Positions 9,181 to 17,738 of a DNA stretch of 51,381 nucleotides are shown one piece after another. The stretch lies in NCBI GenBank assembly GCA_013202205.1, contig JABMSB010000053.1, forward strand, positions 67,290-118,670, written 5' to 3'. The notes below the pieces were generated by a model. That model was not told the DNA's origin. It did no database searches and worked only from the letters and a program-made list of their open reading frames with translations. A program made the position numbers and the translations under genes. This DNA is from Candidatus Omnitrophota bacterium (GTDB lineage Bacteria > Omnitrophota > Gorgyraeia > JABMSB01). Within the stretch, counting starts at the first letter, position 1, and every line of letters starts with the position of its first letter.

Positions 9181-9768
9181 ATGGCAAAAGATCCGGCAAA
9201 GGCTAAAAAAGAGATGATGATGGTAGTTGTACTTTTCTTTGTATTCGCATTCCTTCTTTATGGCAAGTATCAGGAGAAGCAGGCACAGGAGGCGAAGAGA
9301 GAGATGTGGCGTAAACAGAATATGGCTGCCCTTGGGACCGACCCATCGATGCCCGGAGGCGCCGAGGCAAAAAGGGGAGCTAATGTCGTAACGATTAAAC
9401 TCTCTGCAACAGACCTCTTCGGCGGTACGCTGAAGCCAAAGCGCGGCAGCGGCGGCAAAGAAGGGGCTGCTGAGGCGGCCGGTGAGACGATTACCTTAGC
9501 GGGTGTTGGTGATCCATTCGAGCCGCCCATAAAGATGGATATGACACCTGACATTGGCCCGGAAGTTGCTATGGTCAATCTCGATTTTTTATCATTGGAA
9601 GGGTATGTATGGGGTGATGTAGATCCTAAGGCCATCATAAATGGTGAGGTCCTGAAGGTAGGGGATGATATAGAAGGTGCTATGATTATAAAGATAAGCC
9701 GAGAAGGTGTTATGCTCCATCACACAGAAGGTGATACACTTTTGACATTAAAGGATGAACTCTACTAG
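9181..9768 (+). CDS. PilP/GspB-like pilus assembly protein
   Basis: N-terminal TM helix, DPFEPP, and a C-terminal beta domain (LEGYVW...AIINGEVLKVGDDIEGAMIIKISREGV). Lies between pilO and the secretin. No lipobox Cys. Confidence 0.6.
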   Translation: MAKDPAKAKKEMMMVVVLFFVFAFLLYGKYQEKQAQEAKREMWRKQNMAALGTDPSMPGGAEAKRGANVVTIKLSATDLFGGTLKPKRGSGGKEGAAEAAGETITLAGVGDPFEPPIKMDMTPDIGPEVAMVNLDFLSLEGYVWGDVDPKAIINGEVLKVGDDIEGAMIIKISREGVMLHHTEGDTLLTLKDELY

Positions 9769-9800
9769 GAAAGTTATTTAAAATAAGAAAGAGGTGACCC

Positions 9801-11498
9801 ATGAAAAGATCTATTACTACCCTTATCTGCCTGCGGATATTTCTTGCGGCATCTTTAGTTCTTGCTCAAGGACCGCCGGCAGCCCCGCTGGCTGCCGAAG
9901 GCGTACCGATGGGATTACCATCCGGAGGGGAAGGAAGCTTGCCCCCCGGTGAGATGACCGATGCGGATATGCTGGCTGAACGAATACGCGCCTTAAGGCC
10001 GGACGGCGATATCCCCAACATTTCGATGGACTTTAAAGACGCCAGCCTGAGGGCTATACTGAAATTATTATCTCAACAGTCGGGATTGAATTTTGTCTCA
10101 GGCAGCGGTGTTGAAGATATGTCCATTACGCTCTATTTGGATGATATCCCTATAAATGAGGCTATCACGACGGTGTTGGGTGCAAATGGACTGGTATACG
10201 AATCGGCAGCGGACGGAAAGGTCTTCATAGTGCAGCAGCCAATAGAGGAAGCGGTCGGTGGTGTAGAGACGAAGACGAAGGTCTTTACGTTTGAATATAC
10301 AAAGATAGGCCAGACGGATGAATCGAGGTCTACGGGGATGATCGAGATCTTTGAAAAGATGCTCTCAGAAGCAGGGAGCCTTACCGTAGATGAGAAGACC
10401 AATAGTGTAGTCGTCACGGATACAGAGGAGACTTTCGAAAGAATAGATGATGTGATAAAAGAGCTTGATACGCCTACGCCGCAGGTGCTCATCGAAGCCA
10501 GGATAATGAATATATCTTTGACCGAGACGGAGAAGATGGGCATCAACTGGACCGTCGGGGCCACCATTACTGCGGCGGGCCCAGTCTTTCATACATTTCC
10601 GTTTCAGAAGAAGAGCTCGATGGGTGAATATGGCGCTACCCTGACCGGCACGGCGGCGGGGGAAGAGCTCCCATCGAAAGACATAAGCAGCGGTTTTACA
10701 TTTGGTACGCTCGACCCCTCAGCCTTCTCCGCGGTCTTGGAGCTGCTGAAATCGAGGACCGACACCAAGACACTCTCAAACCCGCGTATCGTCGTCTCGA
10801 ATGACCAGACGGCAAATATACACGTGGGCGACACAAAAGCCATACCGACATATGAAAGGAATGATACGACCGGCACGTTTGAGATAACGGGCTATGATGA
10901 AAAGGAGTTTGGCGTTACGCTAGATGTTACGCCTCACGTAAGTAAGAGCGGTATAATAACACTCGAGGTCAAGCCTGAGGTCAGCGCTTTCGATGATTGG
11001 GAGACGGTCAGCGGTGATATAAGAGCGCCGAGCTATACGACCACAGAGGCTGAGACGACAGTCGACGTCAAGGATGGTGAGACGCTCGTAATAGGTGGGT
11101 TGATCAAAGAGGAGAAGACAAAGACTACCAATAAGGTACCGTTTTTGGGTGATATTCCGGTTCTTGGCAGGCTCTTATTCAAAAAGACAGAAGACCAAAC
11201 TGAGACTAAAGAGCTGATATTCTTTGTAACAGTACATCTTGTGAGGCCGCGTGAGATAAAGGGTGTTGAGACCTCACCCGTAGGCGTTGGCCAGCTCACC
11301 CTACCGCAAAATGCGCCCCTGCCTGCTGATAAACTTATGCCTATGCAGCAGCCTTTACCCATGATGCAGCAGCCTTTTTCAGCAGTGGAGCAGACTTCGC
11401 CGATGCAGAAGGTCGCAAAATCGAGGGAGCAGGAGATAGAAGAAGCTATAAGAGATATATATTTAGAGCGTGAGCTGCAAGTGGGTGGTATTGAATAG
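9801..11498 (+). CDS. pilQ: Secretin (PilQ/GspD family)
   Basis: Signal peptide, N0/STN domain (ISMDFKDASL), one N domain (DEKTNSVVVTD...LDTPTPQVLIEARI), and secretin core (LSNPRI, GVTLDVTP, VKDGETLVIGGLI, KVPFLGDIPVLG). Confidence 0.9.
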   Translation: MKRSITTLICLRIFLAASLVLAQGPPAAPLAAEGVPMGLPSGGEGSLPPGEMTDADMLAERIRALRPDGDIPNISMDFKDASLRAILKLLSQQSGLNFVSGSGVEDMSITLYLDDIPINEAITTVLGANGLVYESAADGKVFIVQQPIEEAVGGVETKTKVFTFEYTKIGQTDESRSTGMIEIFEKMLSEAGSLTVDEKTNSVVVTDTEETFERIDDVIKELDTPTPQVLIEARIMNISLTETEKMGINWTVGATITAAGPVFHTFPFQKKSSMGEYGATLTGTAAGEELPSKDISSGFTFGTLDPSAFSAVLELLKSRTDTKTLSNPRIVVSNDQTANIHVGDTKAIPTYERNDTTGTFEITGYDEKEFGVTLDVTPHVSKSGIITLEVKPEVSAFDDWETVSGDIRAPSYTTTEAETTVDVKDGETLVIGGLIKEEKTKTTNKVPFLGDIPVLGRLLFKKTEDQTETKELIFFVTVHLVRPREIKGVETSPVGVGQLTLPQNAPLPADKLMPMQQPLPMMQQPFSAVEQTSPMQKVAKSREQEIEEAIRDIYLERELQVGGIE

Positions 11499-11545
11499 TA
11501 GCAATAATCTGTTGTAGTAGCAACCGTATGATGAGGTGAAGAATT

Positions 11546-13246
11546 ATGCCTAAGATGAGAATAAAATTGGGAGAACTCTTAAAGGGCGAAGGGTTGATAA
11601 CGGATGAACAGGTCCAGAAGGCCCTAGTTGACCAAAAGACGAAGGGCGGTCAGATGGGGGAGGCCCTGGTGAGGCTGGGGTTTGTAAAGGAAGAGGATAT
11701 GGTGCGTGTCCTGGGAAAACAGCTTGGCATGCAATATCTGTCAAAGGGCAAGGGCCTTCTCAAACCCGACAGGACGAACAAGGAATTATTGCGGGCCATT
11801 CCGGAAGGGTTTGCAAAGGACCATATTGTATTGCCCATATCCTTGACGATGAATTCTCTTACCGTAGCTTTTGCAGATCCTTTGGATATCATGACGATGG
11901 ATAATCTCAAGCGTGTAACAGGACGGGATATCAACCCTGTAGTCGCGACGAAGACAGACCTGCTCTCTGCGATAGATGAGTTTTACGGCGGAAAGGTTGC
12001 GGATTCGAAGGCCGGTCCACCGGTCGCCGAAGGAGGTGTCATCACCGAGGAGGGATTGGATCTAGATAAGGTATTAAGTGAGGCCGGGGAACCTTCGGTG
12101 ATCAAGACGGTAGATGCTATCATAACCCAGGGTGTCGAGAAGGGAGCCAGCGATATACACATAGAACCGTTTGAGGGCAAGATAAATTTGAGATACAGGA
12201 TCGACGGTGTGCTGCACAACATGCCGCCGCCTTCGAAAAAGATGCTGCTGCCGATCGTATCGAGGGTCAAGATAATGTCGAAGATGGACATTGCGGAGAA
12301 ACGCCTCCCGCAAGACGGTGCCATTGGCATGCAGGTCGGAGGGAAGTCCATAGAGATGAGAGTCTCTACCGTACCTACGGTTTATGGTGAGAAGATCGTT
12401 ATCAGGATAATGGACGCGTCGCGTGTTGCCCTCGACCTTGAGGGGCTCGGGTTTGATGATGCCCAGCTTAAATTATTTAAAGAAGCTTCAGAGAAACCAT
12501 TCGGACTTATCTTTTTGACCGGCCCAACAGGTAGTGGGAAATCTACAACCCTTTATGCTACCCTAAGTCAACTTAGATCACCGCGCCGCAATATCATCAC
12601 CATAGAAGACCCGGTCGAATTTAAGGTCGATGGCATCAACCAGGTGCAGGCGAGGTCCGATATAGGGTTGACATTCTCTGCGGGCCTACGCGCCTTTTTG
12701 AGGCAGGACCCTGACGTGATGATGGTCGGTGAGGTAAGGGATCTTGATACCGCGCAGATATGCGTACGCGCGGCACTGACAGGTCATCTCGTGCTTTCAA
12801 CCCTCCATACCAACACTGCCCCGGGTGCTGTTACGCGCCTGGTCAATATAGGCGTAGAACCTTATCTTATAGCCTCAAGCCTTATTATGGTAGTAGCGCA
12901 GAGATTGGTACGCCGCCTGTGTGCTAAGTGTAAGGCGGAATGCAAACCGGATAAGGATAAACTCGACGGTATAAAACTTTCTGCAGAAGATAAATTTTTC
13001 AGAGCGGTAGGGTGCCCGGAATGCGCCCAGACCGGATACAGGGGCAGAGTCGCGATTCACGAAATAATGGTTATCAATAATAAGCTCAAAGAGCTGATAA
13101 CGAAGAATGCATCCACACACATACTGACGCAGGTTGCTCGGGAGTCAGGCATGATGTCTCTCAGGGAGTCAGGCATGACAAAGGTGAAGCAGGGCATGAC
13201 GAGTCTTGAAGAGATCTTGAGTATCACATACGAAGATGAAGGATAA
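11546..13246 (+). CDS. pilB: Pilus assembly ATPase PilB/GspE with N-terminal MshEN-type domain
   Basis: KLGELL..GLIT..Q...AL..Q repeat, ASDIHIEP, EKRLPQDG, GPTGSGKST, LRQDPD, TGHLVLSTLHTN, and a tetracysteine motif (CAKC/CPEC). Confidence 0.93.
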   Translation: MPKMRIKLGELLKGEGLITDEQVQKALVDQKTKGGQMGEALVRLGFVKEEDMVRVLGKQLGMQYLSKGKGLLKPDRTNKELLRAIPEGFAKDHIVLPISLTMNSLTVAFADPLDIMTMDNLKRVTGRDINPVVATKTDLLSAIDEFYGGKVADSKAGPPVAEGGVITEEGLDLDKVLSEAGEPSVIKTVDAIITQGVEKGASDIHIEPFEGKINLRYRIDGVLHNMPPPSKKMLLPIVSRVKIMSKMDIAEKRLPQDGAIGMQVGGKSIEMRVSTVPTVYGEKIVIRIMDASRVALDLEGLGFDDAQLKLFKEASEKPFGLIFLTGPTGSGKSTTLYATLSQLRSPRRNIITIEDPVEFKVDGINQVQARSDIGLTFSAGLRAFLRQDPDVMMVGEVRDLDTAQICVRAALTGHLVLSTLHTNTAPGAVTRLVNIGVEPYLIASSLIMVVAQRLVRRLCAKCKAECKPDKDKLDGIKLSAEDKFFRAVGCPECAQTGYRGRVAIHEIMVINNKLKELITKNASTHILTQVARESGMMSLRESGMTKVKQGMTSLEEILSITYEDEG

Positions 13247-13273
13247 GGGGTTCTGAATAGAGGGAGGCAAAGA

Positions 13274-14515
13274 ATGCCTAATTATACATACAGGGCAAGA
13301 GACAGGGAAGGGAAGTCGGCGGAAGGCGAGCTTGAGGCCGCAAGCCAGGAAGCAGCGGTTGCAGCGCTTCAGGAAAAGGGGTTCTTTGTAACCTTTGTAG
13401 CCGAGAAGAAAGCAGCCGTTAAATCGCCTACCACTACAACCGCGCGACGCGGGCCCGGCAAAAGGAGGATGCATCGTAAGGTTAAACTGGATGACCTGAT
13501 CCTCTTTGCGCGCCAACTTGCCACTATGCTCGAATCCGGCGTTAATCTCTTAAGAAGCATAACGATACTGATCGGCCAGGTTGAATCACGGCAGCTTATG
13601 GAAGCGGTCACTGACATAAAAGAGAATGTAGAGAAAGGTACCAGCCTGAGGGACTCTCTGGCAAAATATCCGCGCATCTTCTCAAGCATGTGGGTAAATC
13701 TCGTCGAGGTCGGTGAAGCGACGGGAGAGTTGCCGGCCATATTAAACCAGCTGTCCGCATATTTAGAGTCTACATCAGCATTACAGAGAAAGATAAAGGG
13801 CGCGCTCGTCTATCCTATCATATTGGTCGTAGCTTCTGTAGGTGCCATCACGGTATTTATGGTCAAGATTATCCCCATGTTTGTAGATATATTTAAGGGT
13901 TTTGACATGAAGCTTCCGGCATTGACAGAAGCGGTCTTTACCGCAAGCGTATATTGCAGGCAGTATTTTCCTCACGGCGTAGGCATTCTCATAGGCCTGG
14001 CCGTAATAATGAGGTTTGTGATAAGGACAGAGAAGGGCAGGTATGCTGTAGATAGGATGCTCCTTGGGATACCTGTATTGGGCCTACTTATTTTACAGGG
14101 GGCGGTAGTTAGGTTTGCCCGGTCCTTGGCGATGCTGGTCCGAAGCGGCAGCCCGCTTCTTTACTCCCTCGATATTATATCAAGAATCGTCAACAATAAG
14201 TTTCTTGAGAGAGCGCTATTAAGGACTAAGGATGGCATACAGGAAGGCCGTGGCATGGCAGAGGTCCTTGAGGAAGAGGCGGTCTTTCCGCCCATAGTCC
14301 ATGAGATGGTCAGGGTGGGTGAGGAGACCGGTAAACTGACTGATATGCTCGACAGGTTGGGTGACTTCTTCGACGAGCGTGTCTCAGCATCCGTACAGAG
14401 GATGGCCAGCATGTTTGAGCCGATCCTCCTGATATTTATGGGGGGTGTGATAGGAACGCTCGTCATGGCCATGTTCTTACCTATCTTCAATATGTCTCAG
14501 ATAGGAGGGGGATAG
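13274..14515 (+). CDS. pilC: Type IV pilus platform protein (GspF family)
   Basis: FARQLATMLESG, VGEATGEL, ALVYP, VGEETGKL, EPILLIFMG and MFLPIF motifs. Confidence 0.93.
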   Translation: MPNYTYRARDREGKSAEGELEAASQEAAVAALQEKGFFVTFVAEKKAAVKSPTTTTARRGPGKRRMHRKVKLDDLILFARQLATMLESGVNLLRSITILIGQVESRQLMEAVTDIKENVEKGTSLRDSLAKYPRIFSSMWVNLVEVGEATGELPAILNQLSAYLESTSALQRKIKGALVYPIILVVASVGAITVFMVKIIPMFVDIFKGFDMKLPALTEAVFTASVYCRQYFPHGVGILIGLAVIMRFVIRTEKGRYAVDRMLLGIPVLGLLILQGAVVRFARSLAMLVRSGSPLLYSLDIISRIVNNKFLERALLRTKDGIQEGRGMAEVLEEEAVFPPIVHEMVRVGEETGKLTDMLDRLGDFFDERVSASVQRMASMFEPILLIFMGGVIGTLVMAMFLPIFNMSQIGGG

Positions 14516-14587
14516 CTTTATAACAGCAAAGAATAAGAAGGCATATTCTGTGCAACTTGTCAATTTGCATATGTTACCATATTAGAT

Positions 14588-14621
14588 CTTATTTTTAAGG
14601 GCATTCTCTTATAAAAATAAG
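14588..14621. promoter_or_regulatory. Inverted repeat upstream of the pilin promoter (TF site or terminator hairpin)
   Basis: CTTATTTTTA (14588-14597), 14-nt spacer, TAAAAATAAG (14612-14621); perfect 10-bp arms. Confidence 0.5.
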
Positions 14622-14661
14622 GGGTAAAAAGGGTTAAGGTTAGCAAAGCAGAAACTTTGTA

Positions 14662-14690
14662 TTGACAACCCAGGGCATCTATGATATACT
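14662..14690 (+). promoter_or_regulatory. Strong sigma70-type promoter of pilin 1
   Basis: TTGACA (14662-14667), 17-nt spacer, TATACT (14685-14690) with a TGn extended -10. Confidence 0.75.
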
Positions 14691-14757
14691 TTGGTGTCTA
14701 TTATTTATAATACCTTTAATAAACGGCAGATAGTAAAAATGGGGGGGGTGAGGTAAG

Positions 14758-15177
14758 ATGAAACGCGGTTTTACGTTAATAGAACTCCTAATTGTAGTTA
14801 TAATCGTAGGCATATTAGCTACAGTAGCACTACCTCAGTACACGAAGGTGGTTCAGAAGACGCGCGGAGCAGAGGCTGTCAGCATGCTTGGTTCGATACG
14901 GACCGGGCAGACGCTCTATTATGCAGAGAAGGGCGTATTTACTATCACTATGAGCGATTTGCTTGTAGAACCTCCATCAAGCGGTAAGTGGGATTATTAC
15001 CTTGATCAGGATACAGCGGAGGGAGGAGATCTTACAGGGTATGTATGGGCATTAGCAGAAATGGAAGATCTCTATATAACCCTCAAGATCAATTATGACG
15101 GTTCGACGCTATGGGGTCCGCCAGGTCCAACCGGGAAAGTGCTTGCTGACAAACACCCGGGAACACCGTCGAATTAA
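14758..15177 (+). CDS. Type IV pilin (pilin 1, candidate major pilin)
   Basis: MKRG|FTLIELLIVVIIVGILA class III signal peptide with E5 and P22. GAGGT RBS and its own promoter. Confidence 0.9.
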   Translation: MKRGFTLIELLIVVIIVGILATVALPQYTKVVQKTRGAEAVSMLGSIRTGQTLYYAEKGVFTITMSDLLVEPPSSGKWDYYLDQDTAEGGDLTGYVWALAEMEDLYITLKINYDGSTLWGPPGPTGKVLADKHPGTPSN

Positions 15178-15603
15178 GGGATATATTTTATACCTTCCCT
15201 CAATTCGTGCATATAGTAGTGGGTAGAGGGGTTGTTTTAGGTGCGAGAGATTTGTTTGTGGAATATTTATACTGCTATTGACTTAAGCTATTCTCGCCAA
15301 AGAAAAACAAACCCCAAAGCTAAGCTAAAGACAGGTAGCGTTCGACCCGTAGTGGAAATCATCTATTTCGACGAAAGGGTCGCGGTCTGTAAGGGTATAT
15401 TGAAGGTTTTTAAAAGTACGTTCCCCAAGGCTGTTGCGAAGGCATAAGCGCTAAGTGGCGCACGGCACAGAAAGGAGAGTGAGGAAAAAAGAAAGATGGG
15501 GGCTTAGGTTGTTTTATATAAAGAGGTGGAAGCAATTTTTATATATAAGATATTAAGTCGGCTTGGAGCCGACAGCATAAAAAGGGAAAGGGGGTAGAGG
15601 ATC
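15178..15603 (+). ncRNA. Candidate structured RNA (leader or intercistronic element) of unknown class
   Basis: Several nested complementary arms found by eye (detailed in findings). No family recognised. Confidence 0.4.
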
Positions 15604-16008
15604 ATGAAGAAAGGTTTTACACTTATAGAATTGCTGATCGTTGTTATCATAGTCGGTATCTTGGCGACAGCGGCGCTTCCTCGCTACAATAAGGTTATCG
15701 AGAGGGCCCGTTCTGCCGAGGCATTGGTATTGCTCGCCGGTGTACGTACAGGCCAGCTGCTTTATTACCAGGATAAGGGTGGTACAACATTCACAGATGA
15801 TTTTGATGATATGATTGTAGAGTTGCCGGATAACACGGTTGGTGGAGATCCTGATTCAAAGTACTGGGAGTTCACCCTCTCTAATGCCGGTGTAAACGGT
15901 TATACTGCGATTGCGCAGAGAAAGACCATAGCTGGAGCAGCAGGCCAGATAACGATCGATTACAATGGTACATGGGGCGGAGATCACCCTGGAAAGCCAT
16001 CGCTCTAA
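15604..16008 (+). CDS. Type IV pilin (pilin 2, paralog of pilin 1)
   Basis: MKKG|FTLIELLIVVIIVGILA class III signal peptide. Shares RTGQ.LYY and a C-terminal HPG.PS with pilin 1. Confidence 0.9.
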   Translation: MKKGFTLIELLIVVIIVGILATAALPRYNKVIERARSAEALVLLAGVRTGQLLYYQDKGGTTFTDDFDDMIVELPDNTVGGDPDSKYWEFTLSNAGVNGYTAIAQRKTIAGAAGQITIDYNGTWGGDHPGKPSL

Positions 16009-16032
16009 GTTAGGTCGAGTATAGTAAAGATT

Positions 16033-16090
16033 CCGAGAATAGCCCGAGCATATGATAGCATGCAGCTATGCGCGGGTTGTTCTCTGGTTT
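16033..16090 (+). terminator. Long hairpin after pilin 2 (terminator or mRNA-stabilising stem)
   Basis: GAGAATAGCCCG (16035-46) pairs with CGGGTTGTTCTC (16073-84), with an inner GCATA/TATGC stem; only a short TTT tail. Confidence 0.55.
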
Positions 16091-16115
16091 AAGAAGGTAG
16101 CGTTACACTATTGAG

Positions 16116-16652
16116 GTGAGATTGGAGACAGCCGCAGCGACGTTACATACATCCGCGGCCCAGCCCAAAGAGAATACCCTTTTGAGGCAGGCCACTGATG
16201 ACCTCTCAAAGAGACAAGCAACGCCCATAGGAAATATGATGGTCCAGAAGGGGCTTGTGACAGAAGACGAGTTACAAGCCGTTCTTAAGAAACAGAAAGA
16301 AGTCTATCAGGATTTTTTATTAGGGGAGCTCTTCCTGCACTTAAGGTGCATACACGAAGATGATCTCTACCCATTTTTATCGGACTACTTTAATATACCC
16401 TGGCGTGGAATAGACGAAATGAACGATATGGACCCTGACCACGTAGAGCTTATCCCGGAATCGATGGCGCGCGCGCAGAATATAGCGGTTGTGGCTAAAG
16501 AAGACGGGACCATAACGCTCGCCATGTCATATCCGCAGGACGTCCTTTCGGTCGATGCCATAAGGGCCAAGACGCGCTGCAGGGTAATACGGCTGCTCAG
16601 CCCTCCACGGGCCATTAAATTCATTATAGATAAATATTACGAAAGGAGTTGA
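16116..16652 (+). CDS. Stand-alone MshEN / GspE-N-terminal domain protein (no ATPase domain)
   Basis: IGNMMVQKGLVTEDELQAVLKKQ...LLGELF repeats, then IPESMAR...ITLAMSYPQD...IDKYY. Colinear with the PilB N-terminus (IPEGFAK...LTVAFADPLD...IDEFY). Start is uncertain. Confidence 0.8.
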   Translation: MRLETAAATLHTSAAQPKENTLLRQATDDLSKRQATPIGNMMVQKGLVTEDELQAVLKKQKEVYQDFLLGELFLHLRCIHEDDLYPFLSDYFNIPWRGIDEMNDMDPDHVELIPESMARAQNIAVVAKEDGTITLAMSYPQDVLSVDAIRAKTRCRVIRLLSPPRAIKFIIDKYYERS

Positions 16653-16655
16653 TCC

Positions 16656-17738
16656 TTGAATATAGAAGAACTCCTAAGGATGATGGTTGCCAAGAATGCT
16701 TCCGACCTCCACCTTACCGTAGGCCAGCCTCCGCAGCTGCGCATAGACGGCGAATTGACGCCGATAGATTTCCCGAAGCTTAAGCCGGATATGGTAGAGG
16801 ATCTCGTGCGCGAGATGTTAAGTAGGGAGCATTTTGAGCGTTTCCAGAAGTTAAAGGAGTATGACGGTTCATTCGGTATACCGGGTTTAAGCAGGTTCAG
16901 GATCAACATCTTCAGGCAGCGCGGTTCCATAGGAGCTGCCATCAGGGCAATACCGCATGATATACCATCGATGAAGGCGCTGGGCTTGCCGGATGCGGTG
17001 AGGGAGTTTGCCGAGGAACCTGTCGGTTTAGTGCTCGTGACGGGTGCAACAGGCAGCGGCAAATCTACCACATTGGCCTCGATGATAGATTATATCAACC
17101 AGACGAGAAAGTGCCACATAGTCTCTATAGAAGACCCGATAGAGTATCTCCATAAGCACAATAAATCTACGATAAACCAGAGAGAGCTTGGCCAGGATAC
17201 GGTCTCTTTTGCCGAGGCCCTCAAACACGTCTTCAGGCAGGACCCCGACGTAGTCCTTATAGGCGAGATGCGGGACCTTGAGACGATACATATGGCCCTT
17301 ACACTTGCTGAGACAGGACACCTTGTTCTTGCGACACTCCATACGAGCGATGCGATACATACTATAAGCAGGATAATAGACGTATTCCCGTCACACCAGC
17401 AAGACCAGATAAGGATACAGCTCTCAATGGTCTTGATAGGTGTGCTTGCCCAACAGCTCCTGCCAAAAAAAGGCGGCGGCAGAAATCTGGCGCTAGAGGT
17501 GATGCGTGTTACGCCGGCCATCCAGAATCTCATAAGGGAGAACGCGATACACCAGATATATTCCGTCATACAGACGGGGAAGAAGCGGGGCATGGTGACG
17601 ATGAACCAGTCACTCTGCCAGCTTTACGAAGACGGCATTGTTTCATGGGAGGATGCGAGCAAGAAGTCACCATCGATGGATGAACTGATTTCGATCACCA
17701 AGAAGAAGCCTGAAGGGGCCGGTGCAAAGAGACGATGA
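16656..17738 (+). CDS. pilT: Type IV pilus retraction ATPase
   Basis: ASDLHL, GATGSGKSTT, IEDPIEY, RQDPDVVLIGEMRD, AETGHLV and AIQNLIRE (AIRNLIRE motif). AAGGAG RBS before a TTG start. Confidence 0.93.
   Translation: MNIEELLRMMVAKNASDLHLTVGQPPQLRIDGELTPIDFPKLKPDMVEDLVREMLSREHFERFQKLKEYDGSFGIPGLSRFRINIFRQRGSIGAAIRAIPHDIPSMKALGLPDAVREFAEEPVGLVLVTGATGSGKSTTLASMIDYINQTRKCHIVSIEDPIEYLHKHNKSTINQRELGQDTVSFAEALKHVFRQDPDVVLIGEMRDLETIHMALTLAETGHLVLATLHTSDAIHTISRIIDVFPSHQQDQIRIQLSMVLIGVLAQQLLPKKGGGRNLALEVMRVTPAIQNLIRENAIHQIYSVIQTGKKRGMVTMNQSLCQLYEDGIVSWEDASKKSPSMDELISITKKKPEGAGAKRR

Noticed and set aside
13140-13178. Direct repeat GGGAGTCAGGCATGA x2 in pilB
   Set aside because: In-frame coding repeat (RESGM..RESGM) in a normally semi-repetitive helix of PilB; no sign of a separate function.
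15241-15447. 68-aa ORF in the inter-pilin spacer
   Set aside because: No recognisable motif and a GTG start inside a predicted stem. The region is better explained as structured RNA, although a leader peptide is not excluded.
15178-15603. c-di-GMP/cGAMP (GEMM) riboswitch, RNase P, SRP, or group I/II intron
   Set aside because: Only fragmentary resemblances (GAGGAAA, GGCTTA, GGAAGCA); the core consensus elements are missing.
14758-16008. Electrically conductive (e-pilin) interpretation
   Set aside because: Pilin 1 has aromatics at mature positions 1, 24, 50, 51 and 57 but not at 27 or 32. No cytochromes are in the window, and the heuristic is weak.
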